This document shows positions 8,601-20,600 of a stretch of 64,000 nucleotides of DNA, one piece after another; position 1 is the first letter of the stretch, and each line of letters opens with the position of its first letter. The stretch comes from Camelus ferus. Taxonomy: Eukaryota. The stretch is taken from NCBI RefSeq assembly GCF_009834535.1, contig NC_045727.1, positions 13,516,001 through 13,580,000 on the forward strand, read 5' to 3'. Made by a program: the position numbers and the translations under genes. Under the pieces are notes generated by a model that was not told the DNA's origin, did not search any database, and saw only the letters and a program-made list of their open reading frames with translations.

Positions 8601-11600
8601 CTTGGCTACTGATCTTGGGTAAATTACTTCCCTGGTCTGGGACCCCGCTCTGTCCTCTGTCCCATCAGGGGTGGACGTGATCAACTCTAATGTAGGCTAT
8701 GGCCAGGAGCTCCTGCACCAGGACCCTAGGATTCTCTCGTGTCTTGTCTCTCGGTGTCCGTGGATGCTCCATTGGGGGAGCAATAACATCCCTTCTCTAT
8801 AACTCAGCTTCCCCGCCCATTAACACAGAGAAAGTGGAGCTTCTGTGGATGACAGTGTCTGGGCTGGTGCTAAGCTTTGCTCTCGATGAAGCCACAGTAC
8901 ACGCCTTCTCCCTCAGGACCTGGCAGCTCGCTAACGAGAATACTTCTCCTCCCTGGGGAGCCAGACCACAGAGCATCTGTGAGGAGGGGGCGGTAGAGAC
9001 TGAAGGTTGCCTGTGATGTGGGGGAGATCGCAGGATCTGAGGCTGGGGTGATGGTGTGGACAAGTACAGAGGCTGAGACATTTGTGGGGCTGGTTCAGAC
9101 CTCCTGGTGGTGCTGCCGTAGAAATGCGGCATGGGGCTTCTCGCATCTCTAGCCCTTCTCCTCCAGGTCTTGCCCTAACAATGACCATGCTGGCCACAGC
9201 GTGCTGAGTGCTGTCTGGCAGGCATTACGCTAAGTGCTGCACAGACCTTATCACGTTTCACCATCAGGTGTCCCTGTGAGGTAGAGAATTTGATCCCCAT
9301 TGTAGCAATCAGGAAACTGAAGCTCAGGGAGGCTAAGTCACTTGCCTAAGGACTAGTCAGTGGTCAAGTCCATCTCAGATCAGTGATCTTCCATGCCCGG
9401 CCCCTTGGCTTGGACAGAAAGGAAACCAGAGATTTGATGAGGGTTTCATGTGTGCGTATATGGTTTTTCTGCTTATAATGTAGTACATAATCTTTGTAAA
9501 ATTAACTGTATTTGCAGAGCCAGTAGAAAAAAACAAAAGCCCTCTATAAGCCTAATACCCTAGAGAGAACCACCATTAGTGTCAGCATAGAGTCCCCAGA
9601 ATTCTTTTCCCTTTCTTATAACCAAAGTATACTATATAAGCTATGTCTCATGCTTTATTTTTTTTATAACATGTCAGTTTATTCTCTTTAATGGGTATAT
9701 TGTATATTGTATTCCATTGTATGGATGGGCCATGATTTATTTAACAAGACCTTCTTAAGGCCATTTAGCTTATTGCCAGCTTCCCAAGCTGCTGGGAACA
9801 TCCTTGTACCTGTATCTTTGAGTCTTTTTATAAATATTTCTGTAGGATAAATTTCCAGAGATAGAATTGCTGAGTCAAAGGGACTTTTAATCGATACTGC
9901 AAAGCAGAGCAAGGTTAAACAGCTTTCCGAATGCCGACTTGCCATTCGTTATTCCTCACGGGTAAACTTCCTGTTCCTGTTCTGTGCCCCTTTTTTGGAT
10001 CAACCTGGAGATGAGTGAAGCTCAGCAGAGTCAAGGCTGGGCTTGTTAGCACTCTGCCCGCCTGTGATCCCGGTGCCTGCCCAGCCAGTTCTGCCTCTCT
10101 GCCATCTGGGGAAGGGGCATCCTCAAGAAATGTCTGATGACAGTCACAGAGCCAGCCGGAGCTGGACCAGAGAGCAGACATTCTGAACCCCTGTGACCAC
10201 CCAGCCCTGTGACTCACCTATGCCGGGGGAGTATCGCTCAGCATCCTGCCCTGCTCTTGACCAGCTCGGCCACCTTGAGCTGGTCATCTCACCTGTTCGG
10301 GCTGAGGTGTCCTCATCTATGTAAGGAGAGGGTGGGGCTGATGGAGCTCCAGCCACTTCTAGTTCTAAGAGTCTGAGAGCCTAAATCCATGGACAAAGAG
10401 GGACCTCTCAGGCAGACCGCTAGGGCAGGGGCTTCAAGCCAAGACAGAGGTACTTACAGATGCCAGGATCGCTGCAGGTGAGGGTCCCATCCTCAGGGAC
10501 CAGGTGGGCATTGTACCTCTGGTTGGCCAGCACCTCCGTCATCTCCCCTGCCCGCTGCCGCTCCCCCATCTTGGTCTTCAGGAAAATCCCGAAACCGATG
10601 TCCGAACCATCCGACATGAACTGCCACCTGCAGGGCACACCCACCCATTTAGACCTGATTCTGTCTGCGTGTGCCCTCTCTGGGGTCCTGCCAAGAGGGC
10701 TTCCCCTACCCCAGCCCATCCACCAGCACCTATGGCTAGAAGGATCAGGTCCTCTGGAAGGGTCCAGAACCCTACCTGAGGACGCAGCCGGGGAAGAGGA
10801 TCTCATACTCCACTTGGTGGGAGGAGCCCCGGGAAATCTGCACACTGTGCTCATACTGCTGCTTCACCTGGTCTCGCACGTAATACTTCTTGGGGATGTC
10901 GCCCCCGTAGTTGATCTGGAAGCAGAGCATGGAGTGAGCCGGATGTGCACTTGAGCCAGGCGTCCCTGGTCACCTCCAGCCCCTGGCAGCCCATACCTTG
11001 GATTTACACTTGGGGTTTCCATCAGGGTCAGTCATGGTGCCCCCATACTCCACGGGGAGCTGGTCAGGGCTGACATATTTCAGTAAAACCTCCTTCCAGT
11101 TCGCTGGCAGGAGAGGGAAGGAGGGAGAAGAAAGAATCACCACAGGCAGAATTTCATCACCGCCCTGGAGGGCTGCACAAAACAGGCAGGAAAAAACCCC
11201 ATCCACCCCTGCACACACAACACAGCCATTGGGAGCACATGGTGTACACAAACTCTGCAAGGGGGCTGGAGAGGAGCCGCCACCCAGGGCTGCCCTGCTC
11301 TGGACCAGGAAGCCGGAGACCTGGGGGCCTGTCCCCACGGCCTCTGGCCAGCTGATCAAGCTGAGGCAAATCACTTCATTCTGAGACTAGTGCCTCCTGC
11401 CCTGCAAGGTTACGGTGGGAGTGAAGTCAACTAAGTATGTAAAGAGGGTGTTGTAAACTGTAAAGTGCCCTACCTGTATGAGAGTGTATTCTCACTCCCA
11501 GGAAGGTGATACAAACACCTGAAGTGCAAGCAGAGGGGACAAAGAGAGGGAAGGACATTCCACGCAGAGGGAACAGCACATGCATGCGGCAAGCAAGAGG

Positions 11601-14600
11601 ACCTGAACCAACATGATCTGCCTGAGTTAGACTGAATGTGACGGCACGACCATGTGTCTCGTCCCCCACTGTCACCCACTGTGCCCAGTCATGATTTAAT
11701 GAACTCATCACTGTAGAGTGGCCCCTTAAACAGGGTCCCTTGGCTTTACCCCAGCCACAATTTCACTTCTGCTTTTGTTTGGCCACCAGTGATTTGGCTC
11801 GTTTTTAAATAACCAAGCCCTTTCCTGGCTAGGAGGGTTTGACTCAAGGGCAACCAATGCTGACATCCACTTCTCTGCCATTCCAGATTCCTAAACAAGT
11901 ATCAGCCACGGACAGTATTTCGATACTGGAAACCTCTCCATGCTGACTACAGAGACCAGATATGGGCAGCAGCTCCAAGTCCCGGAGTACCATGCGCCTC
12001 CTCTGTGGCAGGTGCTGCCTGGAAACCCACAGGGACGGTCCAGGGTCTCCCAGCCCTCAGATTTCTGGGGACCTGCGACCAGGCAACTGCAGGGACATCG
12101 TGCCTCTTGTCTCAGGGGGCTTGCATCTGTGCTAAGCTCCAGTGACCAGCCCAGGGTGAATTTCTTCCTTCCTCTGTTGAAGATCCTGTACCTTCCCAGC
12201 CTGAGGCGGGTTTGGTTGAAAGGGTTTCAGGTGTGGGTGGGGGAACAGACTGAACCTCCTCCGCAGCTTGGCTGCCAGGAAACCGAACACGCTCATGCTC
12301 GTGGTGGGTGGCAGCCGCAGAAAAGCCAAAACTCATCAGAGCCTTTTGCTTAGATTTTGTGTGTCATCCCCCAGCTCAGCTGGAGGGTTGGAACAAGGCC
12401 AGGAGGACCCCTCCCATCTTACAGAGAGAGGACTGAGGCAACAAGGGGCAGAACTTGCTCCAGAGCCACGAGAGGTGCCCAGAACCCCGGGCTCTCCAGA
12501 CTGCCTTGCGCCACCCGCAGGGCTCAGCACATATCTGGAAAACCGCTACTTTCAGTGCAGTGCCTAAAGGTGAACACTGAGAAACCAGAATTTCCTGCCT
12601 CCGAGTTCAACTCCACGGGTGGCGCTAAGCCGTCCCGGAGCTGGTCGCAATCTGCCTTTCTAGGCTTTTCTCCCACCGCTCCATGTCGTGCTCCAGCAAA
12701 CCTCGAATGCTGTCTGTCCCTGGCTGGCTTGAGTCCCGTGTGTCGTCTTCATTGGCTCTCCCTTGTCCCCTGATGTTCTCCTGGCTTCCCTGACTAGCCA
12801 ATCCCTGTCCACCTGCTTCCCCGCCAACCTCGCCAGTCACTTCCCCTTCTCCCTGGGGGGTTCCTTTTTCTCTGACTGCCCTCGAGCCTGGATAGCCCCC
12901 AGGTCCAGCCTCTGTCCTGTGGGTCTTATCTTCTCCCAAGGGTTTAGTTGCTGCCTCTCTCTGGTAACTCCCAAATCTCCAGACTGGAGTTCGCTCCTAA
13001 GCTTCAGGCCCAGATCTCCCCAGCTCACAGTATCTGCACATCCCACGGACTCCTCAAACCCAACTTCAGGCTTATCCTTCGTTCCCCAGTCGAACTAACT
13101 GCATCAGTGTGACGGCAATAGTCACCCATGCCAGATACAGGGAGCCATTCAAGATTTCTCTTCCTCCCTTCCCACATCCAGTCAACTTAGCTCTGCTCCT
13201 CCACTTCCTACAGAAGTCTGAAATCCATCTCTCCCATCCCTACCGCCCCCGCCCTGGCTCAGGCTGGCAACACCTGGTGTGTGGACTGTGGCCAAGGTGT
13301 GCAAACTGGTACCTGTCCTTCACAGTCTCACCAGTACTCCCCGGCTCAGAGCTCTTCTCTGGTTCCCAGGGGCCTGCAGAGTCACATCCCAGCGTCCCAG
13401 CACGGTGCCCTGGACTCTCTGCAACCTGGCTCCTGGCGCCCGGCTCCTTCTCCATGCCATCTCTTTCCTCGCCCTGCCATGCATGCCAGCTGCCCATGCC
13501 GCAGGGTGTAAGGTCTTTGCTCGAGGCTCTTCCTTCTGCCCAGTAGCTTCTTGCCTGGCTTCTCTTGCTGCCCTGCTCATTCCAGATCTCTCAGCACCGG
13601 GAGGCCTCGCCCCCTCCCCAGGTCAGGCCGGGTGAGTTCCCTGGCTCAATGTTCCCACGCGCTTTCCGAGTCCTCTCTTTGACACTGGACATCTCACGCT
13701 GATACACATCTGTTTGTGTCTCCCTCCCCGAGAGGCCACGAGCTCTGCAAGGGGCCCCGTCTTAACCATTGCTGCCTCGGCACCTGGTCCAGGGCCTGGC
13801 AGACAGCAGGTGCCCATCAAGTGAAGCCACGCGTCCTTGCCCCCATCTGAAAGTGACCCCTGCTCCTGTGACCTCCACGGCACCTGCTCTGTGCTGCGTC
13901 CGTGCCTTTTCTAGTTTGAGTCCTAGCTTTTTCTCTAAAGGTCTCTCTCCCATTTCACTGCAAGCTTCTGGAGGGCAAGGACTGGTGTTTCATTCATCTT
14001 TGAATTTCTTCCAGAGGGTCTGAGAGAAAGAGTTCTTAGGAAAACAGGCAGGAAGTCTCCTGCTCAGCCCCAGCCTGCTCCTGGGTCCCACCGCTACCAA
14101 ACCAGCAAAGGGAGCCTCCACCCAGGCCGCTGTGGCCGCATCTCTATGGCCATCCCCAGCTGGGCCCCAGGAGTCTGGGCTACTCACCCCCCAGGACCAT
14201 GATCTTCTTACGAGTGTCCTCACTCAGGAAGGGTTTGATGAGGTTATAGGCCACAGGAAACAGCTTGGGGGCTGGAACAGAGACCAGGCAACGTGAGGCC
14301 GGGCCCAATGCCCTCTGTCCCCAACAGCGTCCTCCACAGCCCCCCGTGTCAGGCCACACGCTCCCTTTCCCATCTACACAGTGGGGATGGTCCTCCTACC
14401 TCACCAAGTTGGGTGTCTTGAAGGAGGTAACAAATAATGAAACTTTGTGAATATAAATCGGTCTGCGTACGTCATGGGTTGGTCTTCAGAACGTGTCCTC
14501 ACACCCGCCGCTCTGCCTGTGGCTCACTCTATTTCACTCTCCTGACTGTCCCAGTAGTACTTTTGGCCCCTCTTTCCCATTTGGCTTCATCACAGGTTGT

Positions 14601-17600
14601 TCCCAACTTACCTTTAACAATAAAAAGACGCTTCAGTGTTTCGGGATAATTTTCCTCAAACATGCAGAGGAACTGTGGAAACAAAATCACTAAGTCCAGC
14701 GGGCTCAGATCTCTCGGCTTCCTCTGACTTCCCCCACCGCCTGGGCCTCCTGGCAGAGGGGCCCACCCCATCTCTTCCCTCCCATCCCACGCCCATGCTG
14801 GCCCTCACCTCTCCATAGGCCTCCACAGCCGGCTTCCAGAGATGCTTGAGGCCAAGCCCCTCACAGTCGTAAATCAGGGTGATGGTCTCTATCTTCTTCC
14901 CTGTCTGCAGGGGACAGAGGAACAGAAAGTCACACCAGGCTGCTCCCCCCGACCACTGCAGAAGCCCACCACGGTTCAGGGAAAATGCTGATTATACCTC
15001 GCACCCCTGTTGCAACTAGATCTGTGCAGGCCCGGCTCTAGGATTTTCCAAATCAAGATAATTACCCCAGGCCGGAATTGTGGCCTAGACAAATCACGCG
15101 TCCTGTCTAGATCTCCGTGTTCTCATCCAGTAAACAACTGGGTGGACCGAGATTACATCTGAGGTTCCTTCTGTTCTGCAGTTTGACTTGGCAGCCTCCC
15201 TCTTCCTCTGCACCCCTGCAGGGCTCGGGCCGTGGGGCCTCGTGGGGCCCTCACCTCGTAGGCACAGATGCTCTCTGTCCAACCTGAGCCCTTAGGGTGC
15301 ACCCCTGTCTAATGCTTCTCTGCATCCCGAGCCCTGTGGGGCCTCCGCGCACAGTCAACGTGGACGACTGTTGAAACGTCCCCAAGCGTATCACATCGTT
15401 TCACTGGATCTTTACAACTGCTGAAGAGGAGGGAAGGAGACAGGACCGTGGTGGCTCCGGCTTGCTCTTCAGTCTGTTTTCAGTAAGAGAATCAGTGTCC
15501 TCATCTTTGTTTGAATACAGGGTTAGAGGGGCACAGACTGCGAGCTCATCGACACCAGTCCAGCACCCAAGTACTTGTCCAAGGAGAGGGTGGTCAGGGG
15601 CAGAGATTCCACTGGTGCCCAGATACATAAGGAAATAACAATAATGTAGTATGTTTCTTATGAAGCTAAATTTTATTCAATTTAAAGGACTGCCCTTTAT
15701 TCTGAGTTTATGCCATCCCTGTAGTTTGGGGGGTTAATTATGGCAATAATAGCTGGTAAGTTTTTTCTAAGTCCTCACTTGAGAAAATTAAAATTTGGCC
15801 ACATACGTCAGTCCCTAAAACTGAAATTTCATTGGCCTGGGGCTTAGATCCCTGTGTGACATCCCCGCTCCTGCTTGAATGCCTCCACTGTGCTTCACTT
15901 CTTTTCGACTGTGCAGGTCCACCCACCTTTTCCGTCTGGCGGGCACACTCCCGCAGAAGCAGCTCGCAGTCCCGCATCTTGGTCCTGAGTAAGTCCTGTT
16001 TGGAGGCTGAGAGGAGCAGACCCTTGGCATCCAGAGGTCCAATGATGTCATACCAGATCGGGCAGCCGTCCAGGTCGTAGCCACACATACCCCCGGACAG
16101 ATACTGTTGGACCACCTGGGCCAAGACAGACAGGAGGCACCTGGTCAGCAGGCCCAGGATGGCCACGCCTTTCCCACGTCCAGGGCCTTCCTCGGGGTCC
16201 ATCCTCCCCTGGGTGCCTGTGGATACCCACTCTGGGAACTGTGAGGGCTCACTCAACATTATCAGACCTTTCCTCTGAGGGTCCCAGTCCCACAGTCCCA
16301 GGACCCAGACTGTGGGTCTAACAGACCTAACGTAGGGATGGGTGGGATAGTCGGTCCTCACCTCTGGAGGCTGCCAGCTCTCGATGTTGTCAATGTCCTT
16401 TTGCTTTCGGAACTCCACATGCTACAGACACACAATCAGGGCTTTAGACAAGCAGGGCCAGGGTGGTGGGGGTGATCCTTAATAGGCATCGAGCAGTGAG
16501 CAACAGCACGAACGGACCGCCAGACCACAGGTAAGTCACGAGAAGGCAGCTGGCGGGAGCAGAAAAGAAGGAGCTGCCTGTTCTCCAGGCCTCAGCAGAG
16601 CAGATTATAGTTCTTGGCTGGCCCAGAACTATGAAAGCTCTGTGTTTCCAGGGAAGGGAATGCCCTTTGTCCCAGAGGATAAGGCAGTAGGGGTCAGGTA
16701 ATACTCAGATTTTTTGTCACATAAGCCACAGGCTGTGATCAGGGTGGGAGGGGTGGATAAGTCCAAGCGCGGGATGATTCTCGGGGGCAGGGATGAGGCA
16801 GCAGTGGGTTCGGATCTCACCTTCCGAAGCATGGCCTCGGACTTCTGCAGGTCAAAGCTTCTTGCTGTAACAGGGAAAGATGGTCAGGGTTAGGCCAGCA
16901 GCCTGAGTGCCAGGGACGGGGAGACGTCCCTGTTCCCGTGCTGGGGCCCCAGCTGACTCTCAGATCACCCCGCATGCAGAAGCTAATGTGAGGGCATTCA
17001 CTGAGGGCTTCTGGAAAACCACAACCCCGGGGCTTGCAGGGAGAGCAGGTTCAGGGCAGGTCAAGGCAGCACCGCAAGTTCAGGGTCAAAAAAGTTTGAC
17101 CCAAGTGGATGCAGTCGGGTGAGGGGTCTTATCACCTCTCAGGGAAAGCAAACCCTGGATCCCCTCATCACAGAGCCTTCTCTTTACACAGTTAACCGCC
17201 TGCACAGTCTAACTTCCAGTCCTGCGAACTTGACCTGCAGTTCAAAGATGAACACAGTTGCCCCATAATCTGGGGCAGAGCTGGCAGAACATCCCAGCAG
17301 GATGGAGGGAGGGGTGATGAGACTTGAGTCAAACTTGCCAGGTCCTCCTCCAGGACTCACACGTAACCCCCGGGAACACAGAGGGCCTTCCGCCTCCTCC
17401 GGTTCCTGGAAGGTTCCAGAACTAGAATTCACCTGGGCTAGCTCAATTTTATGCACAAACCACAACACACTGTCCGGCTCAGGCCCAAACACAAAGATTT
17501 CCCTGTCCCTCAACGCCACCTGCTCCCAGACAATCTGAGTTGCCATTTGCACTCAGCCCTCGTACTGAGCCGAGACCCTCTCAGGAGACACGCAGAGAGG

Positions 17601-20600
17601 AGGCGGGCTTCCTCAGCCACGTGACCACCTTGCCACTCTAAGTCCCCGCTATTACACAGCCCACCACAGACATCATCAGCCATCCTTCACAGCTCGGTTT
17701 CAAGTCCACGCAGACAACTTCCCTTTGGATGTTTTCCAGTTTGCCATCACCTCTCGAGTGTGTGGTCCAGAGCACAGGTGTTGTCTACCCTTCAGTTAAA
17801 TGCAGGAACTTTTTTGGCAATGGGCCAGACCCTTAACTCGGGTGACACAGTCAACTGAAACCCCCAAATCCTTTCCACCTGTGCTGCTGCGTGGGCTCTC
17901 TCCCAGATGCCATGAGGTGGTTTTCTGGATCTACCCCTGTCAGATTCCACCTTGTTACAGTCAGCTGCATTTCATCCCTTAAAGACTTTCTGAGAACCAG
18001 AAAGTTTTTTTTTTTTTGCCATCAGACCTATAAACTGTTCATCCTCTGTGGATCAGACACCCAGATCTGCTGACAGCTCTGGAACCTGGGCCAGACAGGC
18101 TGCCCTCTGGACTGTCACCGGTCCCTTAATCACTGCTCTCCGGGAGTGGCCAAGCACATTCCCTGACTCTGCTATCATGAAAAGCAGCCCACTCTCCTGT
18201 GTCCAAAGGGTGAATCGAGATTTGACCAATGCCACGCCCATTGTGGGTGCTAGACACACGTTTCCAGAAATGAGCAGCCTTCCGTCCTGGGGAGTACCTT
18301 CTGACAGCCACACTTCATGTGCCATGGTGGCAGCAGGGGACAGCTTTCAGAGGAATATAATCTGGTTATGCATCTCAGCCTTCCCATTTTCTCCCTGTTT
18401 GACCTTGGACAAGATACTGCACATCTCTGGTCGGATCATCTAATGAGCTAGAAACACTTGGAAGATGCAGGGCACCATGCTATGATGATGCAGGAGCCCA
18501 GCTGGACCTGAAAGCGGGAATCCTCCACAGGAGGGTCATCCCCAACTGTGAGGAGTCATCTTCCTAGGGAACAGGTGTGGTGGTGAACTGTGATCCCCCT
18601 TATCTCAGGGAAGCTCTCCAGTTAACCCTTATCTGCTGGAGTCCAACATCCAGGGTTCTCCAGGGCCCTCTCCGAGTTACCACTGCCCCTGGCAGCACCA
18701 GCCTGATGCCTCCCCAGGCCTGCTGAGTCAGACTTCTCCAGGGCTCCTGCCACCCTGGTCAGGGGCAGCTCGAAGCATGACTTAGGGCACTGCCAGAGAA
18801 GCCGGCCTGAGAGCAGCTGTCCTGGGTTCTTATTTGATCGCTTTCTTGTCCTGGAAAAGGAGACTCAGTCCTGCTCTGCCCCGCTCACAGGGTTTCCAGC
18901 ACCTCCTTGTTTTATTCTTCCATCTGACCCTCCCTGCTGAGGTGCCAAGACTCAAGCACGGTCAGGGGGAGGCAGCAGAGATTTGTGGGACTGCTCTCAG
19001 GCCTGGGGACCACAGAAGACTGAGCCCATGTTGGGGAAGGAGGAAGGGAGGAACCCAGAGCTCACTCACACCTACGTTAGAGGAAGACATTGGGCATGTG
19101 CCTTGTAAATGTTTTCTTTAGAAAGAAAAGGTTTCTTAAAAAAAAAAAAAAAAAAGGGAAAAAACCAAGCAAAGCAAGGCAACAAAAACCCTAATTGAAA
19201 TTCACAGTAGAGCAGTGACCAGGCCTGAGCTCCTGCCCAGGGAAATGTGAGGCACAAATAGATACCTCCTCTGCTTGCAAGAGGCAGGGCTTGGCTTTGG
19301 GGGACAGTGGGGGCTTTCTGGAGAGGACTGCTGGCCAGGGAAGCAGGGGCCCTACGTTTCTGCCTGATTCTGCTTCGCATTAGCTGTGTGCCCTCAGGGT
19401 AAGTGCCCTCCCCTGTCTGAGCCTCAGTTTTCTCATCTGGCAAATGAGGATGACCACACTCTTCTACATGCCTGCAAAGAGAGGGGTTATCCCAGGACTG
19501 GGGAGTTGGTGGTGCCTGATAAACCAACTGCCAGGGCCCCGGGCTGGCCTTCTCTTAGATAAGAGAGAGCTGCAATGTTATTCAGTTCAGCAGCTCTCTG
19601 AAACCACACTTGCCCCCCAACAGTAGCCGGGGAGTTTGCCTGATCATCTTGCGGCTGGCCCTTTAATGCAGCGCAGTCTTCCCACTCTCCCCACCCACCC
19701 ACTTCTAGCCAAAATATCCTCCAGCTCTGGACAGACTCCACAGCCGCCCCCTCGCTGCCCCTCCACCCTCTCTGAGTGGGCAGAAGTGTGTGTGGGGGTC
19801 ACAGCTTTTTGGGAGGAAAAGGGCAAGTGGCACCTCCAGAGGCACACAGGGCCCCACGTGGCTCTCCTAGCAGCATCTGCCCTGGGGCACCTGCTGGCAG
19901 CTGCTCAAGACCCTGACAGCACTACTCAGTTCCTGGACAGAAAGGGAAAATACATCACTTCACCTGTCCCAAGACTCCGAGGATATGTATGTGTGTGTCT
20001 GAGTCTGTAAACAGTCAGCCACGATTTGTACTTTAGCATTTGGGACTATGATTCTATATCATGATTTAACCTCTGCTAATCTAACACAGAGGAGGAATCT
20101 TCTCTATTATTTCTATGTCTGGCAATAAAGTTTCTAGAAAGAAAAAAAAAGTATGTCACAAGAACAGGAGAGGGTGGCACGTGACTTGAATCCCAGGAGA
20201 GAAGAGAGAAAAGAGGAAAGATTTCAGGAGTTGGGGCATGGGGTTGAGTTTGACCCTGATGCCAGTACAGACATGAATACTTCATCACCATGGGCACAGC
20301 TCTGTCATGTCCCATCTTAGCCATAGACAGGGCACCCTGTTTCATCCTGCTCTCCCAGAGAGGAGCCTAAGACAGATGTTCACTCCTGGCCCAGGTACCA
20401 GAGGCAGGCCAGGGCAGAGCTGGAATAGAACTTTGGGCTCTGAAGCCAGATGGTGGCTTGAGAGGAGTTTCGCTACCTAGGTCGGGCCGAACCCCCGGCT
20501 CCCCGTGTTCTCCATACACTCTGCGCCTTCTTCAAGCAGCCTAAACTGCTGGCAGCAGGCGGCCTGCCCTCTCAACAGGCCACAGAGGGGCCCTGCCTCT

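Noticed and set aside
9868-9877. Second TGCTGAGTCA (NRF2/MARE) motif
   Set aside because: One-base variant of common L1 text (gaattgctgggtca); isolated, weak on its own
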